The translations under genes and the position numbers were made by a program. Below, piece by piece: positions 8,362-16,217 of a DNA stretch of 26,797 bases. Position 1 is the first letter of the stretch. Every line of letters starts with the position of its first letter. Under the pieces are notes generated by a model. The model was not told where the DNA came from. It did not search any database and saw nothing but the letters and a program-made list of their open reading frames with translations. This stretch comes from Thermoplasmata archaeon. Its GTDB lineage: Archaea > Thermoplasmatota > E2 > UBA202 > JdFR-43. Location: the NCBI GenBank assembly GCA_021163175.1, contig JAGGXG010000023.1, positions 1 to 26,797 of the forward strand. Direction: 5' to 3'.

Positions 8362-8841
8362 ATGAAAAAGGCAGTTGTCATAGTGGCTTTTCTAGTTGTT
8401 GCGGCACAACCACTTTGGAGTAATGATGGCAGCAAGGTTGTTGCAAATGTTACAGGAGAAAGTGGAGGGAGTGAGATCATAAATATAACAGCCATGCAGG
8501 CATGGGAGATGCTTCAAAATGAAAGTGATGGCATGCAAATCCCCGTAGATGTCAGGACATTTGGCGAATACCTCAATGAAAGGATAGCAACACCACATTC
8601 ATATGATTTTCCTCGCATTTATCCATTGCAACTGATAGAAATACCATTTTTTGCAGCATTGTTCAATAAAATATTTGATGGAAAAGAGGTTATTTTATAT
8701 TGCAGGACGAGCCATCGTAGCTATATTGCAGCAAAAATAATTGCCCCAAATTTTAATGGCAAATTGTATAACATGATAGGCGGAATTACCGCATGGAAAG
8801 AAGCAGGTCTGCCCACAAAGCATGGTTTTGGCTTCAGTTGA
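8362..8841 (+). CDS. Exported rhodanese-like domain protein
   Basis: Likely start ATG 8362 (TATA TTATAAAT at 8334-8341). Signal peptide MKKAVVIVAFLVVAAQPLWS, VDVRTFGEY, active-site loop LYCRTSHRS, NMIGGITAWKEAGLP. Confidence 0.82.
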   Translation: MKKAVVIVAFLVVAAQPLWSNDGSKVVANVTGESGGSEIINITAMQAWEMLQNESDGMQIPVDVRTFGEYLNERIATPHSYDFPRIYPLQLIEIPFFAALFNKIFDGKEVILYCRTSHRSYIAAKIIAPNFNGKLYNMIGGITAWKEAGLPTKHGFGFS

Positions 8842-8943
8842 GAAAAATATGGCAAATAAAACTCTTCATTCTGTCATCCTCAATTATTCCTTGGCAAGAA
8901 AAAATTTATACCACTAATGTATTCTTCTTTTGGAGGTAGAAAA

Positions 8944-10743
8944 ATGAAAGGGGGGTTATTGAGGGGAATAACCACCTTTTTTATTGTTGCCATACTCTTG
9001 ATTCCTCCGATTTCAACAGCCCCACATAAAACAATGAAAGATACAGAGCAAATTGTAAATGATGTGTTGGATTGCTATAACGTACTAGATGATTATGTTA
9101 TGTATCCTATATCAAATGAGAGTATTATAAGCATAAGCAATTGCAGTAATGGAAATGATGAACTTGACCAAGAACAAACAAAAAGAGAAGGGGCAGCAAA
9201 TATAGTGGCTAAAAAATATATGGTTGCTCAATCATTCAGACCCACTATGCCTATTTTGACAAGGGTACAGCTTATTATAACTCAACATCAGGCAGAAGGG
9301 GAATTGATTCTTTCTATTAGAAAATATTTATATGGAGAGGATTTGGCAACGGTAATAAAGAAGCCAAATGAGATCCCTCCATATCCAAAATGGATAGAGT
9401 TTGATTTCGATGATATTAACGTAATACCAAATGAGACATATTATATTGTGCTAAAAGATACAGTAGATGATTGGGAGAATGGTAAAAGTTGGTATATTGT
9501 ATGGGGGAGCAGTGATGCATACCCCTACGGAGACGAATATAGGGGATATAAAAAAACAGGAAATTATTATTATTGGAGATTATTTGCCTCTCATGATAAT
9601 CCCCCTTGGGATTTCTGTTTTAAAACCTATGGAATAAAAACAGAATATCATGAGAAAGAAAGGCAGAAATGGACTCTTATGATATATGATGATGCAGATT
9701 ATCCTCAATTATATGATCCTTTTGATGATTATTTAGTTGAAACATATTCTGGCAAAGGGTTAAATGTTGTTATATTACAGGATACATATGGACAAGGAGC
9801 AAAAATGTGGTATGTTGATACTTATCATCATAAAAAATTATTGAAAGATATGGGAGAAATAGATATGGGAGATCCTACAACATTATATGAATTTATAAGG
9901 TATTGCAAACAAAGGTATAAAACAGATAGATATATATTAGAAATATATAATCATGGAGGAGGATGGTTTGGAAGTTGTTGGGATAAAAGCAATGGAGACG
10001 ATTTTCTTACAATGGAAGAGCTAAGAAAGGCATTGCAAGATGCAGGTGGTGTAGATATTTTAATGTTTAGTGGAGCATGTCTTATGGCAACCATTGAATG
10101 TGCTTATGAGGTAAGAGATGTTACCGAGATTTATATAGCCAGTGAGGAATTAAATGGATTTAAAGTTGGATTATTTTCTCCTCTTTGCGAAATATTGAAT
10201 CATGATTACAATTATATGGATAGTAAAGAAGTGGGAAAAGAAATAATAAAATACATGGATAATTCATGGGCATTTGGTTGGGAATTCGTTACATTGAGTG
10301 CTGTAAGTACAGATAAGATGGAAGAGCTAGCTAAAGCAGTGAGCAAGCTGGCCAAAGATTTAACCATTAGATGGTTTTCCAGTTATCAAAAAGTCAGAGA
10401 AGCATATGGTGAAACTACTTATTTTGGAAAAAGCTCCGCCAACTCCTACCAACTCTATGATTTCTATGATTTTTGTAAAAATCTTCTGGAGATAGGGATG
10501 AAAGAAAAGATAAAAAATGATGTTGAAAAAATAATTCAAATACTCAATGAAACCATTATTGCCAACTATCATTCCCGATGGGAACCAAATGCTTACGGTC
10601 TATCAATTTATTTTCCAGATATTTTTATGAATGGTGTAACAATAATGTATGGAGAGACATCATATGGTTTGGATTTCCCAGAGGATACATTTTGGAACGA
10701 GTTTTTGGGGCTATATGTGATTTCTGCCACCCTTTTTCCCTAA
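8944..10743 (+). CDS. Secreted clostripain-family (peptidase C11) cysteine peptidase with N-terminal accessory domain
   Basis: SD GGAGGT before ATG 8944; signal peptide; WTLMIY..AD, EIDMGDPTTLYEFI, catalytic NHGGGW (His) and GACLM (Cys), IASEE, GLSIYFP. Confidence 0.85.
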   Translation: MKGGLLRGITTFFIVAILLIPPISTAPHKTMKDTEQIVNDVLDCYNVLDDYVMYPISNESIISISNCSNGNDELDQEQTKREGAANIVAKKYMVAQSFRPTMPILTRVQLIITQHQAEGELILSIRKYLYGEDLATVIKKPNEIPPYPKWIEFDFDDINVIPNETYYIVLKDTVDDWENGKSWYIVWGSSDAYPYGDEYRGYKKTGNYYYWRLFASHDNPPWDFCFKTYGIKTEYHEKERQKWTLMIYDDADYPQLYDPFDDYLVETYSGKGLNVVILQDTYGQGAKMWYVDTYHHKKLLKDMGEIDMGDPTTLYEFIRYCKQRYKTDRYILEIYNHGGGWFGSCWDKSNGDDFLTMEELRKALQDAGGVDILMFSGACLMATIECAYEVRDVTEIYIASEELNGFKVGLFSPLCEILNHDYNYMDSKEVGKEIIKYMDNSWAFGWEFVTLSAVSTDKMEELAKAVSKLAKDLTIRWFSSYQKVREAYGETTYFGKSSANSYQLYDFYDFCKNLLEIGMKEKIKNDVEKIIQILNETIIANYHSRWEPNAYGLSIYFPDIFMNGVTIMYGETSYGLDFPEDTFWNEFLGLYVISATLFP

Positions 10744-10745
10744 TT

Positions 10746-11624
<879 letters not shown>

Positions 11625-11637
<13 letters not shown>

Positions 11638-12317
11638 TTTCTCCATGCTTCAATAATATCTTTTCCTTCCAGCCATATTAAGCCATGTTCTTCCGCATAT
11701 TTTATGGCATCACTCTTGGACAAACTTTTCTCTATCCCGAGCATCTCGCAGCCCGCCATAACTGGCGTAAGCCCAGCCATCTTTGCCATGGCTACAGCAA
11801 GCTCTGTATGGCCCTGGCGTTCATTCAATAAGCCTTTTGAAGCAATACAAGTTGCTACATGTCCTGGACTACGAAACTCACTTCCAAATAAAGCCTGAGC
11901 CTTTATTTCATCTACGCTTCCTATTCTTTCAGCAAGCTCTGCAAACTTTGAGATTGTTAAAGCTCTATCCCTATCGCTTATGCCAGTAAAAGTGCGGCGA
12001 TGATTTAAAGGCAATGAAAAAGATGATCTTGTATCATATGGTATGTCATTGGGGATTAGCTCCTTAAAAACATGCCATTTATGCCCGCATTTATATATCA
12101 CATCTGCAAGATATGGTAAACCGAGTTTGGAGGCGATTTCATGGGCTATGGCCATAAAAATGAGGCCGCCGCCGTCCCGCCTCATCTGGTGGATGGCGTC
12201 GTGCGTGACAAACTGGGCTGCCATGAAAAAATCTGTTTCTTCCTCCCTGCCATCTGCATCGTAAATCAGCACAAATTCGCCCTTTCTCAAAGCCTCGAGG
12301 GCTTCATCAAGTTTCAT
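11625..12317 (-). CDS. ribB: 3,4-dihydroxy-2-butanone-4-phosphate synthase
   Basis: VLIYDADGREEETD, GGGLI, HRRTFTGISDRDRALT, FRSPGHV, RQGHTEL, GCEML. Confidence 0.95.
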
Positions 12318-12510
12318 TTTTACTTTTTCTATCCTCCATTATACGAGCAATATAGCCAGCAATACGGTTGCGCATATTTTTTGTTTCTATTGTTGTAAGC
12401 TTTTCCACTAGCCTTTTATTTTCTTCAAAATCATCTGTAAATTTATCTGGAAATCTCTCTATCAATTGCAATGCTAACTTCTTTATGTATGCTGGCTTCA
12501 CATTTCCCAA
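12307..12510 (-). CDS. rps17e: 30S ribosomal protein S17e
   Basis: GNVKPAYIKKLA..LIERFPDKFTDDFEENK..RNRIAGYI. TTG start at 12510 with SD AGGTGA 4 nt upstream, preferred over the track's 12525. Confidence 0.95.
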   Translation of the reverse strand: MGNVKPAYIKKLALQLIERFPDKFTDDFEENKRLVEKLTTIETKNMRNRIAGYIARIMEDRKSKNET

Positions 12511-12615
12511 GGAATCACCTTGCAATGAATATATATGGCATATAAAATATTTTTCTTGGCTGCTTATTTATCCATTTTTCAATACTTTCGATGCCATTAT
12601 CTCTTTCTTCTTTCG

Positions 12616-12635
12616 AATCATGAAAATTCATGATT
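12616..12635. repeat. Perfect inverted repeat AATCATGAA-AA-TTCATGATT
   Basis: 9-bp arms (12616-12624, 12627-12635) with a 2-nt spacer, directly abutting the radical SAM stop codon. Confidence 0.8.
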
Positions 12636-13415
12636 TTATTTATAATGTGTAACTATCCCACGAAATTCAATCTTTGCATTTTTTATAATTTCTGTAATTT
12701 CATTTATATATGCTTCAAATTTGCTTTTATCTGAAATGATTTCATAACTTTCTGGATATGCCTGCTTCAACCATCTTTTAAATTCGCTCCCGCTTGCTTT
12801 TAAATTTAAAAATTCAAACCAGTAAAAATCTGTAAAATCTTTTGTTTCATCTATTAATTTTTCCACATCCGTTAAATGAGGAATTATTGGAGAAATAAAT
12901 GCATAGCTCTTTATACCATTTTGATGAATGGCCATTAAAGTCTTTATCCTTTTCTCGTTGCTTGGAGAAAATGGTTCAATGCTCCTTTTTACATTTCCTT
13001 CAAAACCACTGATTGTCAATCCCACTTCTATGTCTTTAAATTCTTTAAAGATGTCAATATCTCTCAAAACTAAATTGGATTTAGTCAAAATCACCAATTT
13101 AATGCTTTTATCCATATTTTGTAGAACATTTCTTGTAAGCCCTAACCTTTTTTCAATTGGTTGATAAGCATCGCTAACGCTGCTCATATACACCTTTCCT
13201 TCAACATATTTACCCTTTACAATCTCAGCCATATTTTCTCTGACAATGATCCAGTTCCCCCATTCATCATAGCCATACCATCTTCCCACAAATCTGGCAT
13301 AACAATATTTGCACGCATGCTGACAGCCCACATACTGATTTATAACATAACTCGCTCCAGGAATTGATGTGGGAATAAAAGACCTTCTGGCTTTAATTCT
13401 TCTTATTTCTACCAT
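12636..13415 (-). CDS. Radical SAM protein, spore-photoproduct-lyase-like (COG1533-type)
   Basis: INQYVGCQHACKYCYAR (CxxxCxxC), MSSVSDAYQPIE, ILTKS..VLRDID, SPIIP. Start more likely ATG 13415 (MVEIRR) than 13487; start uncertain. Confidence 0.82.
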   Translation of the reverse strand: MVEIRRIKARRSFIPTSIPGASYVINQYVGCQHACKYCYARFVGRWYGYDEWGNWIIVRENMAEIVKGKYVEGKVYMSSVSDAYQPIEKRLGLTRNVLQNMDKSIKLVILTKSNLVLRDIDIFKEFKDIEVGLTISGFEGNVKRSIEPFSPSNEKRIKTLMAIHQNGIKSYAFISPIIPHLTDVEKLIDETKDFTDFYWFEFLNLKASGSEFKRWLKQAYPESYEIISDKSKFEAYINEITEIIKNAKIEFRGIVTHYK

Positions 13416-13530
13416 TTTTCTCTCGTCTCTTTTAAGCCCATCGTGAATAAAAATTTTTGTGAAAAGCTGTTTCATCACTCTTCGCAATCCATGGCATAGT
13501 TTTTTATATCCTTTCCTTTTAATTTAGAGA

Positions 13531-13941
13531 ATGTTTAAAATAATCGAGCATACTGCCGACATTGGAATAGAAGCATATGGAAAAACACTTGAGGAAGCTT
13601 TTGAAAATGCCGCCAAAGGAATGTTTTCCATAATGACAGGAGGTGGCAAAATAGAGAGCAAGGTTATGAAAGAGATAGAAGTGCCATTCGACATGGATGA
13701 AGAGCAGTTGCTCGTGGACTGGCTTTCTGAATTGTTATACATTCATGACGTTGAGCATCTGGTATTTGGAGAATTTGATGTTAAAATCGGAAAGGAAAAG
13801 CTCACAGGCAGAGCATATGGAGAGGAATATGATGTTAAAAAACATGGCTATGGAATGGAAATTAAAGCTGTAACGTATCATATGCTTGAAGTAAAAAAGG
13901 ATAAAAAAGGTTATGTAGTTCGCTGTCTATTTGATATATAG
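13531..13941 (+). CDS. Archease
   Basis: IIEHTADIGIEAYGKTLEEAFENAA, LLVDWLSELLY, EIKAVTYH, C-terminal FDI. Confidence 0.95.
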   Translation: MFKIIEHTADIGIEAYGKTLEEAFENAAKGMFSIMTGGGKIESKVMKEIEVPFDMDEEQLLVDWLSELLYIHDVEHLVFGEFDVKIGKEKLTGRAYGEEYDVKKHGYGMEIKAVTYHMLEVKKDKKGYVVRCLFDI

Positions 13942-13950
13942 GGTGAGAAA

Positions 13951-15414
13951 ATGTGGGATGGACCATTGGAAAAAGTTGGAGAATACCGCTACATGATTCC
14001 AAAGAGCTACAAGGGAATCAATGGCAATTTGAAGATGAGAGTGCCAGCTTTGATATATGCGAGCGAGAAAATGCTTCCATCAATAAAAAAAGATAACGCT
14101 CCAGAGCAGGCTGCAAATGTGGCTACAATGCCTGGCATAGTTGGAAAAGCATTTGCAATGCCCGACATACACTGGGGATATGGCTTTCCTATAGGGGGCG
14201 TCGCCGCATTCGATGAAGAGGAAGGTGTGATATCACCTGGCGGAGTAGGCTTCGATATAAATTGCGGCGTCCGCCTTGTAAGGACGAATTTGCATATAGG
14301 CGATTTGAATAAGGAGACAATAAAACAGCTTGTTGATGAGCTTTTCAAGAACGTTCCTTCTGGAGTTGGAAGCAAAGCCAGAATTCGCCTTTCCATGCAG
14401 GAAATTAATAGCGTGTTAGACAATGGCGCAAGATGGGCTGTTGAGCAGGGCTATGGATGGAATGAAGACCTGGAATATCTCGAGGAAAAAGGATGCATGG
14501 AAATTGCTGACTCAACCCTTGTTTCAGAAAAGGCAAAGATGCGCGGAAAGGAGCAGGTTGGCTCTCTTGGGGCTGGAAATCATTTTCTGGAAATACAGAG
14601 AGTGGTTGAAATATATGATGAGGAAGCAGCCAAAGTTTATGGGCTTGAAAAAAATCAGATTACAGTAATGATACATACTGGCTCTCGCGGCTTGGGCCAT
14701 CAAGTATGCAGTGATTATCTCCGCGTCCTAGAACAGGCTACAAAAAAATACAACATATGGCTTCCAGATCGCCAGCTTGCATGTGCCCCAGTAAAAAGCA
14801 AAGAAGGAGAAAGATACTTCAAAGCCATGGCAGCAGCCGCCAACTTCGCCTGGACGAATCGCCAGCTTATTGTGCACTGGGTTCGCCAGTCTTTTGAGCA
14901 TGTTTTGCATGAAGATGCTGAGGATTTGGGCATGCATATTGTGTATGACGTATGCCATAACATAGCCAAGATGGAAGAACATGTTGTTGATGGCAAAAAA
15001 ATGAAGCTATATGTTCATAGAAAAGGAGCTACAAGAGCATTTGGTCCAAATAGAAGCGAGATTCCAATGAAGTATCGCCACATTGGACAGCCTGTATTGA
15101 TACCTGGCGATATGGGGACAGCGAGCTTTATTTTAAGAGCAAGGAATGAAGCTGATGAAGCATTTGCATCAAGTTGCCATGGAGCTGGTCGTGTTATGTC
15201 CAGGAATGAAGCAAAGAGAAGATGGAATGGCCGAGAAATAGCAAAAATTCTTGAAAAGCGTGGTATATATGTTCATCCAGCAAGCTGGACAGTGATGGCG
15301 GAGGAAAGTCCGGATGCATACAAGAATGTTGGAGATGTTGTTGATGTCATGCATGGCGCTGGATTGACAACGAAAGTAGCAAAAATGGTTCCATTGGGTG
15401 TTGTAAAAGGATGA
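13951..15414 (+). CDS. rtcB: tRNA-splicing ligase RtcB (no intein)
   Basis: [60 protein letters not shown]. Confidence 0.97.
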   Translation: MWDGPLEKVGEYRYMIPKSYKGINGNLKMRVPALIYASEKMLPSIKKDNAPEQAANVATMPGIVGKAFAMPDIHWGYGFPIGGVAAFDEEEGVISPGGVGFDINCGVRLVRTNLHIGDLNKETIKQLVDELFKNVPSGVGSKARIRLSMQEINSVLDNGARWAVEQGYGWNEDLEYLEEKGCMEIADSTLVSEKAKMRGKEQVGSLGAGNHFLEIQRVVEIYDEEAAKVYGLEKNQITVMIHTGSRGLGHQVCSDYLRVLEQATKKYNIWLPDRQLACAPVKSKEGERYFKAMAAAANFAWTNRQLIVHWVRQSFEHVLHEDAEDLGMHIVYDVCHNIAKMEEHVVDGKKMKLYVHRKGATRAFGPNRSEIPMKYRHIGQPVLIPGDMGTASFILRARNEADEAFASSCHGAGRVMSRNEAKRRWNGREIAKILEKRGIYVHPASWTVMAEESPDAYKNVGDVVDVMHGAGLTTKVAKMVPLGVVKG

Positions 15415-16124
15415 TGATAGATTTAGCAATAAAGGCAGCGATATGCATAGCTTTCGCCGCCATTGTATACAAATATAAAGCTCTGGATATTGGAGGCACT
15501 TTATTTGCAACATTCATAGGGGCGATAATAATATTTCTCCAGGGAATATCATGGTTCCTTCTCCTTTTGGTTTTTTTCATAACTGGCACAGTTGCAACTG
15601 GATATAAAGTGAATTTTAAGAAAAGGAGGTTGCAGGAAAAGGCGAGAAGAAAAACAATGAATGTCATAGCAAATGGAATCGTTCCAACGATAGTTGCCAT
15701 ATTTTCCATAGAAAACGATTTCTCATTTTTATATGCATCTGCCATTGCAGTTGCCTTAGCAGACACTCTTGCATCAGAGCTGGGTGTTTTATCGGATAAA
15801 GCCTATTTCATAACAAATTTTAAGAGAGCGCCGCCTGGCACCAATGGCGCCATCTCGCTATACGGCGAGGTATGGGCTTTGATTGGCTCTCTTATTATAG
15901 CAATATTTTCCATTCCATTGCTCCATTTAGAGCCATCGTATGCTTTAGGAGTCGTTATCATAGGAATGCTTGGATGCCAGATTGATTCCGTTCTCGGAGC
16001 AACCTTTCAGGGCAAAGGAAAAGGGAATATTGTTTCGAGCGATACATTGCTTACGAATAACGATGTAAATTTAATATCAATTTCAATTTCCACACTCATT
16101 GCCTACATTGTTATAGCAATCTAA
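15411..16124 (+). CDS. DUF92/TMEM19 family membrane protein
   Basis: Hydrophobic; [49 protein letters not shown] overlap with rtcB. Confidence 0.85.
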   Translation: MMIDLAIKAAICIAFAAIVYKYKALDIGGTLFATFIGAIIIFLQGISWFLLLLVFFITGTVATGYKVNFKKRRLQEKARRKTMNVIANGIVPTIVAIFSIENDFSFLYASAIAVALADTLASELGVLSDKAYFITNFKRAPPGTNGAISLYGEVWALIGSLIIAIFSIPLLHLEPSYALGVVIIGMLGCQIDSVLGATFQGKGKGNIVSSDTLLTNNDVNLISISISTLIAYIVIAI

Positions 16125-16217
16125 CTATGTGTGATAAAATATAACTACGAAGCCTGACCCAATCATGAGCAGTATTATCAGTATGGCAAGCAACTTATAC
16201 TTCGTTTCCCTCTTCAT
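16125..16217 (-). CDS. 30-aa single-pass membrane microprotein (not in the ORF track)
   Basis: MKRETKYKLLAILIILLMIGSGFVVIFYHT*. ATG overlaps the valS TGA (ATGA); its TAG (16125-16127) abuts the DUF92 stop (16122-16124). Confidence 0.72.
   Translation of the reverse strand: MKRETKYKLLAILIILLMIGSGFVVIFYHT

Noticed and set aside
8849-8917. 22-aa ORF MANKTLHSVILNYSLARKNLYH whose TAA overlaps ATG 8917
   Set aside because: No SD or recognisable pattern, it overlaps the likely clostripain promoter, and 8944 is the better-supported start.
12568-12621. 17-aa minus-strand ORF MIRKKKEIMASKVLKNG
   Set aside because: Too short, no start context, no homology recognisable by eye.
13430-13478. Box C-like GTGATGA on the minus strand, suggesting a C/D sRNA
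   Set aside because: No CTGA box D at an appropriate distance.
13951-15414. Possible intein in RtcB
   Set aside because: Length (487 aa) and continuous motifs match an intein-free enzyme.
16129-16160. GTGATAA...CTGA as a possible C/D sRNA
   Set aside because: Imperfect box C and no terminal box D; the region is better explained by the 30-aa ORF.
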